Made by a program: the position numbers and the translations under genes
Shown here: positions 9,526-20,407 of the stretch, piece after piece
Layout: the number at the start of each line of letters is the position of its first letter
How positions within the stretch are numbered: position 1 is the stretch's first letter
Notes under the pieces: model-generated
Database searches by the model: none
The model's input: only the letters and a program-made list of their open reading frames with translations
Told to the model about the DNA's origin: nothing
From: Coxiellaceae bacterium
GTDB taxonomy: Bacteria > Pseudomonadota > Gammaproteobacteria > Coxiellales > Coxiellaceae
Assembly: GCA_014238325.1 (NCBI GenBank)
Contig: JABABH010000231.1
Span: forward strand, 1-48,123
Length of the DNA stretch: 48,123 nt
Direction: 5' to 3'

Positions 9526-10704
9526 ATGACTCGTATTGTTAAAAAAATAAAGGCACAAGGGTGGTTATGGTTTCTACGTCGTCTTTATCGCGAAATCCTA
9601 AACCCTCATACGAAGCTAGGCACCTGGCTTAAACCTTTACAATTACCCGTACGCTATCTGGTCGCACAGCCTATAGCCTGGCTAGATAAGCGCTTATCTC
9701 AACAAAAATCACTGCCTGATGCGTTGTATTTTTTTTATGACCTTGAAGTAGAACCCGTCACTTACGACTTCTGCTTTGCTTTAGCCATTGCAGAGGCACG
9801 GCGCCAGTATGACCAACTCTCTCAATTAAAAGTTATTATTGTCCCAGGCTTATCCGCAGGCCTACGTCAAGAAGACCCTGCATATGATGCGATTATTAAC
9901 CATACTTCCCGATGGTGGCGCATCTATAATATCATCCTGCCCAGCACCATGTTGCTTTCAAAAACTCCTAGCATTTATTGCTGTACCTCTCGAAAAGAAG
10001 CACTATTACTAGAAAAAGAATGCACTGGACACCGCTACCCTGATCATTATAGCGTCACCTGTCCTACCACTCATCAAATGAAAGATGGGCTGTCTTTGCC
10101 ACCCCATGATATAGCTGTTTTTCAAGCAACATCGCAGGCGCGAACTTATGTCAGCCAATGGATCGCAGAACACATCAACCATCGTCAACTCATTACGATT
10201 ACGCTACGACAATTTGATTATGTCAAGGAGAGAAATAGCAATATCCATGCCTGGTCACAATTTGTAAAAACCCTGGACCTCAAAAGATTTCTCGTGGTTA
10301 TTATTCCTGATGTAGAACAAGCCATGTCATCTCCACCTCCTCATGGCTTTCCAGATTGTTTATATTTTAGTGCCGCATGCTGGAATTTAGGGCTGCGTGC
10401 TGCATTATATGAACTAGCCTATATGAATTTAGGTGTGAATAATGGGCCCATGTCATTATGCTGGCTCAACCCACGATGCTGTTATATTACCTTTAAGATG
10501 TTTACCCCTGGTGTACAGCTCGGCGCGTCCCGGAATATGCAACGCCAAGGATTGAAGCTCCACCGTCCTCCTCCTTTCGCCCAAGCGTGGCAACGGTGGG
10601 TATGGGGGCCTGATAATACAGACAATATTTCCAAAGAATTTCACGCAATGCTCAAAATACTGGATGCAAATGAGCATCGACAAGCCGTAGCCGATACTCT
10701 ATAA
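9526..10704 (+). CDS. Hypothetical protein, possibly GT-B-like glycosyltransferase
   Basis: 392 aa ORF, first gene of the plus-strand sub-operon. The C-terminal half (ITITLRQFDYVKERNSNIHAWSQF...NLGLRAALYELAYMNLGVNNGPMSLCWL) loosely resembles GT-B/GT9 C-terminal domains. No firm motif. Confidence 0.35.
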   Translation: MTRIVKKIKAQGWLWFLRRLYREILNPHTKLGTWLKPLQLPVRYLVAQPIAWLDKRLSQQKSLPDALYFFYDLEVEPVTYDFCFALAIAEARRQYDQLSQLKVIIVPGLSAGLRQEDPAYDAIINHTSRWWRIYNIILPSTMLLSKTPSIYCCTSRKEALLLEKECTGHRYPDHYSVTCPTTHQMKDGLSLPPHDIAVFQATSQARTYVSQWIAEHINHRQLITITLRQFDYVKERNSNIHAWSQFVKTLDLKRFLVVIIPDVEQAMSSPPPHGFPDCLYFSAACWNLGLRAALYELAYMNLGVNNGPMSLCWLNPRCCYITFKMFTPGVQLGASRNMQRQGLKLHRPPPFAQAWQRWVWGPDNTDNISKEFHAMLKILDANEHRQAVADTL

Positions 10705-11888
10705 TGAACGACCAGCAAGAAGGATCGAGCATGTATATTCCATTTTCCGGCTTAAAGCTACAAAGCATAGCCTTATGGCCAGAAGTCGCGCCGGCCTTAG
10801 AGTCCGTTTTTAAAAGCGGCCATTTTATCTTAGGAGAGCCTGTCTTAGCATTTGAAAAACGATTCGCTCAGCATCACCACCGTAAATTTGCCATCAGCGT
10901 AAACTCTGGTACAGACGCCTTATGCTTATCCTTGCGCGCTTTAGATATCGGTCCAGGCGATGAAGTCATTACTAGCTGTAATACCTTTATTACAACCATC
11001 AGCAGCATTGCACTAACAGGTGCAATGCCTGTACTAGTCGATATTCAGAAGGACGATAATATAGATGTTGAACAGATTGAAGCATCTATTACGAGAAAAA
11101 CAAAAGCGATTATGCCCGTGCATTGGACAGGTCGACCTTGTCATATGGATCGCATCTGCGCTTTAGCCCAACAATATAACCTACCTATTATTGAAGATGC
11201 TGCCCAAGCCATTGGCGCTCGGTATAAAGGCCAACTAGCTGGAACTTTCGGTATACTGGGCTGCTTTAGCTTACATCCTGGAAAGACCTTAAATGCAGCC
11301 GGTGACGCAGGCATCATTATCAGCGACAACACCGAGCTCGCGCAAAAAATCCGGGCACTCAGAAATAACGGATTATCCGAGCAAGGTCGCTGTCATGCTT
11401 GGAGCAATAATTCTCGCCTGGATAATATGCAAGCTGCTATTTTAAATATTAAATATGAATATCTTGAACAATGGACACAAGAGCGAATTGCCATCGCTGC
11501 CTATTATTCAGAGCAGCTGAGCGGGATAGAGGGCATAACACTCCCTGTTGTCCATCATGATGACTATGATGCTGTCTTTCATACCTATATTATAAAGATC
11601 CAAGACCGGGATGCCCTAAAACAATACTTATATCATCATGGCATCGAAACGCATATTCATTATTCCCCTCCAATCTATGAGCAGCCTATAGGCATACAGA
11701 CTTTCCCTGATGGATCGAAGCGGTTCCCCGTGATGTCGCGTGTTTCAAAACAAGTGCTATCCCTGCCTATTTATCCAGAATTAGAGACAGCACAACAACA
11801 CTATATCGTTACAAAAATTAAGGACTATTACGCCACATCTCTCACGCAGAAAGTGATGGCTGAGACTATCAACGCCTCCACCCGATAA
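10704..11888 (+). CDS. DegT/DnrJ/EryC1/StrS-family sugar aminotransferase
   Basis: PLP-lysine motif [15 protein letters not shown]. Family-typical N-terminus ([13 protein letters not shown]...[23 protein letters not shown]). The ATG at 10704 overlaps the upstream stop (TAATG); the ATG at 10731 is an alternative. Confidence 0.85.
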   Translation: MNDQQEGSSMYIPFSGLKLQSIALWPEVAPALESVFKSGHFILGEPVLAFEKRFAQHHHRKFAISVNSGTDALCLSLRALDIGPGDEVITSCNTFITTISSIALTGAMPVLVDIQKDDNIDVEQIEASITRKTKAIMPVHWTGRPCHMDRICALAQQYNLPIIEDAAQAIGARYKGQLAGTFGILGCFSLHPGKTLNAAGDAGIIISDNTELAQKIRALRNNGLSEQGRCHAWSNNSRLDNMQAAILNIKYEYLEQWTQERIAIAAYYSEQLSGIEGITLPVVHHDDYDAVFHTYIIKIQDRDALKQYLYHHGIETHIHYSPPIYEQPIGIQTFPDGSKRFPVMSRVSKQVLSLPIYPELETAQQHYIVTKIKDYYATSLTQKVMAETINASTR

Positions 11889-11899
11889 GGATACCGATT

Positions 11900-13048
11900 A
11901 TGCATGTCCCCTATTCCTATTTAGAACGACAATTTTCCGATATCGAACCTTATTTAAACGATATCCGAAACTTCGTAAAAACTACGGACTTCACCTTAGG
12001 GAAACCGCTCGAAGATTTTGAGCAGACTTTCGCAAAATTACACCAAGCGCCGCATGCCATTGGCGTAGGCACGGGTACGGATGCGCTAGTCATGTCATTA
12101 AAAATGCTCAATATTGGCGCTGGTGATGAAGTGATTACCTGTGCGAATACCTTTATTGCATCGGTTGGCGCTATCGTGCAAGCTGGAGCGACGCCCGTCT
12201 TTGTCGATAGTGACAATGGCTATGTGATGGATGCTAGTAAAATAGAAGCGGCCATCACCCAACGGACCAAAGCCATACTACCCGTCCACTACACCGGCAA
12301 TATAGCTGATATGAACTCTATTGCTAAAATAGCAAAAAAACATGGTCTATCTATTATTGAAGATGCCTGTCAAACCATTTTAGGGCATATCGATGATCAA
12401 TACGTTGGTAGTTGGGGCACATTTGCATGCTTTAGTCTGCACCCCTTAAAAAATCTGAATGTATGGTCGGATGCTGGCGTCATTATTACCCACTCTGACG
12501 AATATGCCGAAAAGCTCAAACGTTATCGTAATCATGGCTTAATCAATCGAGATGTTTGTCTGGATTATGGTATCAATTGTAGGATGGATACGATACAGGC
12601 GGTGATCGCCAACAGATTGCTTCCCTCGCTCACAGCATTTACGGAAAAACGTCGCGCCATTGCAAAAACGTATGACGATGCTTTTAGAGGGTTATCTGAT
12701 TTTATTGATATTCCTATTCGTCGAGAAGGCGTCTATCACGTTTTTCATATTTATGTATTACGCGTCAAACATCGAGATGCCTTATTACAATACTTAGAAG
12801 AGCATGGCATTGAAGCCAAAATACATTATCCTATTGCTATGCATCTACAACCCGCAGCAAAACAACTCGGTTATCAAGCAGGCGATTTCCCTATAGCAGA
12901 GGAACATGGGAAAGTGGCGATCACCTTACCGGCTCATCCCTATCTAAGAGAAGAAGAAATCAACTATACCATAAAAACTGTCCAAGCCTTTTATATTAAG
13001 CAACATGATCAAACTGCAACATCTAAAGCCTATGCTCACCACGCATAA
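11900..13048 (+). CDS. DegT/DnrJ/EryC1/StrS-family sugar aminotransferase (second copy)
   Basis: [15 protein letters not shown] with a conserved Lys, and [24 protein letters not shown]. Paralogous to the preceding gene but diverged. Confidence 0.85.
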   Translation: MHVPYSYLERQFSDIEPYLNDIRNFVKTTDFTLGKPLEDFEQTFAKLHQAPHAIGVGTGTDALVMSLKMLNIGAGDEVITCANTFIASVGAIVQAGATPVFVDSDNGYVMDASKIEAAITQRTKAILPVHYTGNIADMNSIAKIAKKHGLSIIEDACQTILGHIDDQYVGSWGTFACFSLHPLKNLNVWSDAGVIITHSDEYAEKLKRYRNHGLINRDVCLDYGINCRMDTIQAVIANRLLPSLTAFTEKRRAIAKTYDDAFRGLSDFIDIPIRREGVYHVFHIYVLRVKHRDALLQYLEEHGIEAKIHYPIAMHLQPAAKQLGYQAGDFPIAEEHGKVAITLPAHPYLREEEINYTIKTVQAFYIKQHDQTATSKAYAHHA

Positions 13049-14213
13049 ACAAGCCCCCATGCTACCTTGTCTGAGTTGCGCTCATACCTCACTTGATACC
13101 TTTCCATCATTTGCTCGGTTTAAAAGGATCAGCTCAGATTGCAAGCCTTTTCCAGAGGGCGGTGAATTATTACAGTGCCAAGCCTGCGATCTGGTACAAA
13201 AACCAACAAATACTCAATGGCAACAAGATGTGTCCTTAACATATGAGCATTATACTCCTTATCCCTCCACCCTTGGGAGAGAACAAAAAACCTTTGACCC
13301 TATCACGGGCATAGGCCGTAGTCGATCAGATAAACTCTGCGAATTTATTCAAAGCCAGCAAAGGCTCACCCAGATTACAGGCAAAGTGCTCGACTATGGT
13401 TGCGGAAATGGTGTATTTTTATCTGCCTTTTCTAAGCTATGGCCCAACTGGAAACTGTATGGCTGCGATATGAATCGACAGCATGAACCGATACTACACA
13501 AAATTCCGAATTTTATACAACTCTATACAGCCCATCATCTGCCCGAACAAATCTATGATTGTATTTCCCTGGTACATAACTTAGAACATTTACCGACTCC
13601 TATAGACACACTCAGGCAACTCAAAAATTATTTATCCCCATCAGGATTATTATTCATACAAGTCCCTAATCTTATGCAAAGCCCTCATGATATTTTAATT
13701 GTCGATCATGCGATGCATTTTAGCCCACATACTTTATCGAACTTATTGCACCTGGCTGGTTTTAGCATCACCACCCTATCAAGCCACTTGGTTACTAAAG
13801 AAATTACAGTATTAGCAAAACCAGCATTCATACCCGAGTATAATTCACCTGATCAGCCAGAATCAAAGCATACTGATCCTATCATTTCTCAACATATGAA
13901 CTACCTCCTGCATATGATTGAAGATATACAGCACTTAGAGCAACAAGGACCATTTGCGATATTTGGATCTGCCATTGCTGCTTCATGGTTATCACACTAT
14001 ACAAAAAATTTTATTTGTTTTGTCGATGAAGATTCGAATACCTGGGGAAATACATTATATAACAAGTCTATTCTCCCTATTGATCAAGTACCTCAAGGAA
14101 TACCCATTTATATTGGCTTACCCATGAGCATTGCAAAAGAGATTCAAAAGAGGTACGCCCATACAGGACGATCATTGATACTACCCTCCCATACATTAGC
14201 TCATAGCCTATGA
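13005..14213 (+). CDS. NDP-sugar C-methyltransferase-like protein (TylC3-type three-part architecture)
   Basis: N-terminal Cys pairs (CLSC...CQAC), class I SAM motif I ([11 protein letters not shown]), and a C-terminal Rossmann-like tail ([13 protein letters not shown]...[21 protein letters not shown]). Start is uncertain (13005, 13032 or 13059); the last avoids overlap with the upstream gene. Confidence 0.6.
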   Translation: MIKLQHLKPMLTTHKQAPMLPCLSCAHTSLDTFPSFARFKRISSDCKPFPEGGELLQCQACDLVQKPTNTQWQQDVSLTYEHYTPYPSTLGREQKTFDPITGIGRSRSDKLCEFIQSQQRLTQITGKVLDYGCGNGVFLSAFSKLWPNWKLYGCDMNRQHEPILHKIPNFIQLYTAHHLPEQIYDCISLVHNLEHLPTPIDTLRQLKNYLSPSGLLFIQVPNLMQSPHDILIVDHAMHFSPHTLSNLLHLAGFSITTLSSHLVTKEITVLAKPAFIPEYNSPDQPESKHTDPIISQHMNYLLHMIEDIQHLEQQGPFAIFGSAIAASWLSHYTKNFICFVDEDSNTWGNTLYNKSILPIDQVPQGIPIYIGLPMSIAKEIQKRYAHTGRSLILPSHTLAHSL

Positions 14214-15409
14214 TAACTTACCATCATATTGGTGGACGCAACGGGACCTATCCCATGCCCATCAACAACACTCCTTTCACACAAGACACGCATCTTATTC
14301 TCTATGATGCTGATCCAAACTGCCAGGAGACCATGGCACAAACCCAGCATCATAATTTCAAAAAAACGACCATTCTTCCCTATTGCATAGGCAGTAACAC
14401 TGAGACTGGATACCTAAATATTAATTTCCACCCTACCACCAACTCTTTATATACTTTTAATACAGACTTTGACGACTACCATGCTATGCTTAATCCTATT
14501 TATGGCGCCTATCGCTGGGGAGATGCTGCAAAAAAGGTAGATTGTATACCCGTAACGCTCCTCTCTCTAAAAGACGCCTTAAAAAAAGCTCATATAGATG
14601 ATCCTATGGACTTTCTATCTTTAGATGTGCAAGGTGCAGAATATGACGTACTAATGGGAGCAAAGGACCTGATTAAAAATTATTGTTTAGGACTTTGTCT
14701 AGAAGTAGAATTTGTAGAACTTTATAAAAATCAGAAATCCTTTGCTGATGTCCATCAACTTATGGAAAGGCTAGGTTTTCAACTGCTCGATCTGAGCACG
14801 AAGAATCGATATACACCATGCTCAGCCATTGGCTTTCACGGATATGAGCAGCCCTTATACGGGGAGATGATTTATATCAAACATCCTCGATTATGGTCGA
14901 CACATGACGCAAATTATCTCTATAAATTAGCTCTATTTGCCCTTATTCATGGTAAAGTGGGTCTCTGCTTAAAAGCCCTAGCTATGGTTGCTTTACTACC
15001 CCCCATAATCGATAGTGATATGCATTATATCATATGCCTACAGAAAATATGGCACCTATATCAAGAAGAACGATCCTGCAAATATCCCTCCTTATCTGAA
15101 TTATTCTCTGGAGAAATGTTAGCCGGCTATTATAGAGGCATCCCCAATGACGCGGAACAATTTATGAGCGATAATCAACGTATCAAAAATCATATGGCTA
15201 AAAATTATGGGCCTTTTGAGGCTAAACTCAAAAATTTAGCAAGCATCAAAAGCACCCCTTTCGAATCCTTATTGCAAACATATGGTATGCAGGATGTCGC
15301 AAATATTGTGAAAAAGAATCGGCTAAATGAATCTGCAAACTTACTAACACTCATCGCTCGATATAAACCACAAACTCGGAAAGCCAACACTATTCTAAAC
15401 TGTAAGTGA
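14210..15409 (+). CDS. FkbM-family methyltransferase with C-terminal extension
   Basis: FkbM-type motif DFLSLDVQGAEYDVLMGA with a preceding beta-strand pattern. 399 aa. 4-nt overlap with the upstream gene. Confidence 0.65.
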   Translation: MITYHHIGGRNGTYPMPINNTPFTQDTHLILYDADPNCQETMAQTQHHNFKKTTILPYCIGSNTETGYLNINFHPTTNSLYTFNTDFDDYHAMLNPIYGAYRWGDAAKKVDCIPVTLLSLKDALKKAHIDDPMDFLSLDVQGAEYDVLMGAKDLIKNYCLGLCLEVEFVELYKNQKSFADVHQLMERLGFQLLDLSTKNRYTPCSAIGFHGYEQPLYGEMIYIKHPRLWSTHDANYLYKLALFALIHGKVGLCLKALAMVALLPPIIDSDMHYIICLQKIWHLYQEERSCKYPSLSELFSGEMLAGYYRGIPNDAEQFMSDNQRIKNHMAKNYGPFEAKLKNLASIKSTPFESLLQTYGMQDVANIVKKNRLNESANLLTLIARYKPQTRKANTILNCK

Positions 15410-15416
15410 TAAAAAA

Positions 15417-16712
15417 GTGCACCTACCTCACTCTCTCACACATTTTATAAAGTTTTTCTTAAAATATAAGCAACTTCGTGGGTTTTCGCCATTTGATATG
15501 ACAAAAAAAATCCTGTCCTACTTTCTAAAATTCCTATCAACGCCTTATGCTAGCATGCTTGATCATTATGCAGCCTCTTGCTCAAAAAAGCCCCCTACTC
15601 TCCCAGAAGACATTGACTTCGTTATACACTTCTGCTGCTGGGGGAAGGCCTATACAGATAAAATACAGCGCTACTTATACCCATCCATGCTAACCTTAGG
15701 CAACTTACCCGAAGTTTCAAACAAGCATAACGTATTTATTCTTATTCATTGTAGTGAAGCAACAAAAAATACATTAGTCAATGCACCCATTACCCAAAAA
15801 ATCATGGCATATGCGAAAATAAAATATATGGTCATTCCAGAAGCCTTAACCAAGTTTTTTCAAACGCAACACAGACTTTCAATTTTAAATTATCTCCATC
15901 AATCAAAATACTCACTGTTGGGCATTTTGCAAACCCAAGCACTTAATATTGCTGTGTGTCGTCAAGCTTATATCTCTTTTCTTATGCCTGACTTTATTCT
16001 GTCAGACTCTTTCTTCACCAATATTTTTAAATCCATCAAACACAAGAAAATAGTCTTAGCAACTGCCTTTAGAAGCAATTATCATAGTATCAGCGACGCC
16101 CTGAAACCATGTTTCAACACGGACAAAACACGGCTATATGTATCAGCACAAAAAGCAAGAGCCCTGCAAGTGGAACATATCCATGACGCCGCAAAGAGAA
16201 GAATTGTTGCACCATCCACTCCCTATTTTAATCCTACTCCTCAACTATTATTTGAAACGGCATCAGGATTCATCGTACGATCCGCCCATTATCACCCTAT
16301 CTTAATTCATGCTCAAAACATACGCCATGGTTTCCAAGCAGATGGTTCGCCAATAGACTATACCTTATTAAACCACATTCTCTCTCAGCATGTCTCTCTT
16401 ACAGAACAAATTGCTGTCTGCGATGAAGGTACAAATATAGCCTTTATAGAAATGAGCGATCACAATACTGAACCATTGTTGCTGCATAAACGACTAAAAT
16501 TTTACACAAAATTTCAAAAATATAGTCAGCTAATAAAAAGAGTCGCCAAAATAATCGCCTCTAATCCACATGTTATGGACACCCCTCTATGCCGACATCT
16601 ATTTTCTATCGAAAATAAATTTGAATCATCGCAACACCAAAAGATTGGAGATTGCATGGATAGTAATATCTTTTTTTCAGATTTGTATAGAACAACACAA
16701 GAAAAAATATGA
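15417..16712 (+). CDS. Hypothetical protein, tandem paralogue 1 (uncharacterised family in polysaccharide cluster)
   Basis: 431 aa. Clearly paralogous to 16740..18215, e.g. HFCCWGKAYTDKIQRYLYPSMLTLGNLPEVS and TPLCRHLFSIENKFESSQHQK. GTG start at 15417; the ATG at 15498 is an alternative. Confidence 0.6.
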   Translation: MHLPHSLTHFIKFFLKYKQLRGFSPFDMTKKILSYFLKFLSTPYASMLDHYAASCSKKPPTLPEDIDFVIHFCCWGKAYTDKIQRYLYPSMLTLGNLPEVSNKHNVFILIHCSEATKNTLVNAPITQKIMAYAKIKYMVIPEALTKFFQTQHRLSILNYLHQSKYSLLGILQTQALNIAVCRQAYISFLMPDFILSDSFFTNIFKSIKHKKIVLATAFRSNYHSISDALKPCFNTDKTRLYVSAQKARALQVEHIHDAAKRRIVAPSTPYFNPTPQLLFETASGFIVRSAHYHPILIHAQNIRHGFQADGSPIDYTLLNHILSQHVSLTEQIAVCDEGTNIAFIEMSDHNTEPLLLHKRLKFYTKFQKYSQLIKRVAKIIASNPHVMDTPLCRHLFSIENKFESSQHQKIGDCMDSNIFFSDLYRTTQEKI

Positions 16713-16739
16713 AAATTTCACCCAGAGGGATATAATTTC

Positions 16740-18215
16740 ATGAGGCAAAAACAAACCGGAAAGGCCATAGCATTAAGTGCAATTAAAACTATCTTGATCA
16801 AGACACCAAGGCTTTATAAAATAGTGCGGACTTTAAACAGAAAACGAGTGTACATGTATCCTCGTTTAAAATATCCCATTAAATATCTGTTCGGGATCTA
16901 TGACTTCTCCAAATTTCTTGCTATGGCCCAACAACAATCACCAGCAGCAACGCTTGCCACAATACATAAAGAATATCGATACTGGAAGCCCCATCTTATT
17001 CACTTTCTAACTCATTTGTTTTCTTATATAATGAGCGACGTTGAATCTTCCTGTAACATAGAAAAAGGAACTGACTATATTATACATCTCTGCTGCTGGG
17101 ACCCAAACTATACTTATCAACTGCTAAATTATTTGTACCCCTCCATGTTAGCCGAAGGGAATTTACCAAGCATTTCAAAGCACTACAAATCAATTATTCT
17201 GATTCATTGTAGTGAAGCAACAAGGACGCAACTGCTTAACGCAAGAATCAGTAAGCATATTAGAAAATATGCAGCAATAGAATACCTAATTATTCCAGCG
17301 GAATTAACTAATCACTTAAAATATAAGCCTAAATTTTTTATTTTTAAGAACTTTAAATTATTCAACAATACTGTTGACGGTCTAAAGTATATAATTTTAG
17401 GAACTATGCAATCGCAAGCGCTCGCCAGTGCTGTACGTCATAAAACGTATATCTCTTTTCTTCTTGCTGACCTCGTTTTATCAAACCATTTTTTCAATAA
17501 TGCGTTCTCCGTCATCAAACAAAAAAGGGTCGTGTTAGTAACTACACTTAAAACTAACTATCACAGCATTAATACATTCCTCACAGAATTTTTCAACCCA
17601 GACAAAACACAATTATCTATTCCTGCAAAAACCTGTAGAGCACTGGAAGTTGATCACCTACACCCTTGGTTTAAAAGAAGAATCGTATCGCCATCAACTC
17701 CGTATTTTACCCCCTCTCCACAACTAATATTCCGTACGGAATCTAGTATGATATTACGAGTTGCTCACTATAATCCTATTTTAATCAATACTCGAGTCAT
17801 TAATCATTCTTATAAAGTAGATTATAATCCGATAGATTTCACCCTGGTTAATCGATTACTCTCTCAACATCAATCTATTCCAGAACAAATTATCGTCTGT
17901 GATCACTCCTCCAATATAGATATGGTAGAAATCACTGATGGCGATGCTGAACCATTCAACCTATGCGGAACACCAAAATTTCAAACCTATACCAGCTTAG
18001 TACAAAACGTATGCAGCATGATTATTTCTAATCCATATAGTTTGGGTACCCCTCTATGCCGCTATCTTTTCTCTATTGAAAATAAATTTGAATCATCAAG
18101 TCACCAAAAAACAGGGGAGCACATTGATAGTGATAAATTTCTCGCCGATGTCTATAAGATGGTGGAAACATCTAAGCAAGGATACAAGCCTATTAAAGCA
18201 CACCTGACCCTATAA
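16740..18215 (+). CDS. Hypothetical protein, tandem paralogue 2
   Basis: 491 aa. Shares blocks with 15417..16712: HLCCWDPNYTYQLLNYLYPSMLAEGNLPSIS, ILIHCSEATRTQL, TPLCRYLFSIENKFESSSHQK. Confidence 0.6.
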   Translation: MRQKQTGKAIALSAIKTILIKTPRLYKIVRTLNRKRVYMYPRLKYPIKYLFGIYDFSKFLAMAQQQSPAATLATIHKEYRYWKPHLIHFLTHLFSYIMSDVESSCNIEKGTDYIIHLCCWDPNYTYQLLNYLYPSMLAEGNLPSISKHYKSIILIHCSEATRTQLLNARISKHIRKYAAIEYLIIPAELTNHLKYKPKFFIFKNFKLFNNTVDGLKYIILGTMQSQALASAVRHKTYISFLLADLVLSNHFFNNAFSVIKQKRVVLVTTLKTNYHSINTFLTEFFNPDKTQLSIPAKTCRALEVDHLHPWFKRRIVSPSTPYFTPSPQLIFRTESSMILRVAHYNPILINTRVINHSYKVDYNPIDFTLVNRLLSQHQSIPEQIIVCDHSSNIDMVEITDGDAEPFNLCGTPKFQTYTSLVQNVCSMIISNPYSLGTPLCRYLFSIENKFESSSHQKTGEHIDSDKFLADVYKMVETSKQGYKPIKAHLTL

Positions 18216-18236
18216 CCACCATGCCCCTGTAATACT

Positions 18237-19367
18237 ATGACAGACAATTATCCTTCTCCTTTAGTTAGTATTCTAGTCACAACGTATAATCGTAGTCACT
18301 TACTGAAGCGTGCAATCCAGTCAGCACTAGCACAAGACTATGAACATTTAGAACTCGTCATTATTGATGACTGCTCTTCAGACGATACACCTGATATCGT
18401 TCGCTCCATTGACGATAGCAGAATTCGTTACATTCGAAATACAGAAAATGTTGGTTCAAAGGATGGAGATCGCATTCATCTGCATAGATTTGTATATACT
18501 TTGATGCGTGGTCAATACTTTGTGTATTTATGTGATGATGATTACTGGCCTAAAACTACTTTAATCCGAAGGCAAGTAGAAATACTTTCTCATGACCAGA
18601 ATGTTGCCATGGTTGTTGGGGGACAATTATCCATTCGGTATATCAAAGATCACGATCTCTCAAATATTACAAGCATCTTAGAGTCTATTCCTCAAGTTGA
18701 ATACAATCTTATGCATACACAGCCTAAAAAAACAGATTTCTTTGCAAAAGGTCTATACAAAAAAAAATTTATGACATCGGAAGAATTTCTAGACGCTTTT
18801 GCTGAAAACCCGCATGCTAGAAATTTAATTGCTGGTGCGACTCTATATTCACGGAAAATTTTTATACAATCCGGCACTTTTTCATCCAGAGAGGGCTCAG
18901 TATTTCAAGCTGGTTATGAACTATCTATGGGGCCTGCATGCTACGGTCAGGTTGTTTATCTAGATGAGCCTGCCATTATTGTCACCGTACTCGCCTCTAA
19001 TGCCAGCTTCAGTCGCACTCAACTGTATCATTACTATGACTGCATTAAAAGCATTATATGCGCACTCCACACCCCCTTATCTCATATTAAGGATTTAAAA
19101 AAACGACGTTTTATAAAGAAAATTCGACGAAAAACTATTCGCAATGTTACTCGTGGTTTTCTAGTTAATACTATGACCATTATAAGAGATGGTGTATTAG
19201 ACCTGTGCAGCCTAGAAAATATGAGTTGCTCCGTCTATCCCAGACACGCCCTTAAAATATATAGTATATATAGAATTTTTCCTGGGATACGAGAAGGAAA
19301 GCTAATAGCTTATATTTATTTTTTAAAACTCAAAAAATTGATAACCCTTTTAATCCGGAAAAGCTGA
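18237..19367 (+). CDS. Family 2 glycosyltransferase
   Basis: GT2 N-terminal signature: VSILVTTYNRSHLLKRAIQSALAQDYEHLELVIIDDCSSDDT, and a DDD motif (YLCDDDYW). Confidence 0.8.
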   Translation: MTDNYPSPLVSILVTTYNRSHLLKRAIQSALAQDYEHLELVIIDDCSSDDTPDIVRSIDDSRIRYIRNTENVGSKDGDRIHLHRFVYTLMRGQYFVYLCDDDYWPKTTLIRRQVEILSHDQNVAMVVGGQLSIRYIKDHDLSNITSILESIPQVEYNLMHTQPKKTDFFAKGLYKKKFMTSEEFLDAFAENPHARNLIAGATLYSRKIFIQSGTFSSREGSVFQAGYELSMGPACYGQVVYLDEPAIIVTVLASNASFSRTQLYHYYDCIKSIICALHTPLSHIKDLKKRRFIKKIRRKTIRNVTRGFLVNTMTIIRDGVLDLCSLENMSCSVYPRHALKIYSIYRIFPGIREGKLIAYIYFLKLKKLITLLIRKS

Positions 19368-20407
19368 TAGCATCTAAAGACATAGGGGTAGATCGTAAAA
19401 ATATAAGCAAACACTAATTTGCACGATTCCTTATTAGGGAAGATTAGATATTTGACATGTTGCCATAGAAAATAAATAAAAACAGGCACTTTTAAGTGTC
19501 GGCGTATTTCATTCGTATTTTTTTCTACGGATAATGACCCAGGCCTATAAACACAAACTAAACCTCTCAACATTTCAAGGTTCCAGTGCTGCATATATTT
19601 TTTTCTATCACACCTACTCACAAGACTATCTTTAAACAATCCTCTGAAAATTCGTTGCGCATACTGATGATAGCAATAAGCAAAGGTTAAAGGGTATTGT
19701 TCAGTTAATCCCCCTACTGATGTCACATGAATATGCGGGTCGCTCTCAAACCCCACCTCACCAGCTCTCGCGATCGCCATAATAAACTCTAAATCAGAAC
19801 CAAATGCATCGGGTAGTTCATGGCGCCGAAAAATAAAATGATTTGAATTTAACTGGACGATCATATTAACCCTTATAACTGCATATAGAGCACATTTTTG
19901 CAAAAATATATCATGGATATAACGGTGAATAAATTCGGCACCTGTTATAATAAGATTATCACGACACCAATTTTGAACCTCTTCTTCTCCTTCAAACAAG
20001 ATCGGTATTTGAACCATGCTTAATTTTAGGTTGTGGTCGAGCCTCTTACAAGCACGACGGATAGAGCTGGCATCAATAAACTCATTTTTATCTGTCGTTA
20101 ATAATGTATATTGGGCCTGACAATGTTGATTATAATAGACCTGCAAAGCTGAAAATAAACCAAGATTCTTCGGCATTCTAATATAACGAACTTGCTCTGC
20201 ATTAAAATGTCGAGACACCCCTTCTACCGAAACAACACCTAAGCCCGGAACTTCTTCTAATTTCCAAGAACCATCATCAATAACAACAAAACGACAACTA
20301 GGCATATGAAGCCGCATACCTGAGCATAGCAAATGGTATAGTTTTTTAGGTCTATTAAAGGTTGGAATGAGAACTTCTAGTTGAACACGATGATTATTTT
20401 GTATCAT
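19316..20407 (-). CDS. Family 2 glycosyltransferase-like protein
   Basis: N-terminus LEVLIPTFNRPKKLYHLLCSGMRL...FVVIDDGS. Its 3' end overlaps the convergent GT2 gene by 52 nt. Confidence 0.6.
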   Translation of the reverse strand: MIQNNHRVQLEVLIPTFNRPKKLYHLLCSGMRLHMPSCRFVVIDDGSWKLEEVPGLGVVSVEGVSRHFNAEQVRYIRMPKNLGLFSALQVYYNQHCQAQYTLLTTDKNEFIDASSIRRACKRLDHNLKLSMVQIPILFEGEEEVQNWCRDNLIITGAEFIHRYIHDIFLQKCALYAVIRVNMIVQLNSNHFIFRRHELPDAFGSDLEFIMAIARAGEVGFESDPHIHVTSVGGLTEQYPLTFAYCYHQYAQRIFRGLFKDSLVSRCDRKKYMQHWNLEMLRGLVCVYRPGSLSVEKNTNEIRRHLKVPVFIYFLWQHVKYLIFPNKESCKLVFAYIFTIYPYVFRCYQLFRIKRVINFLSFKK

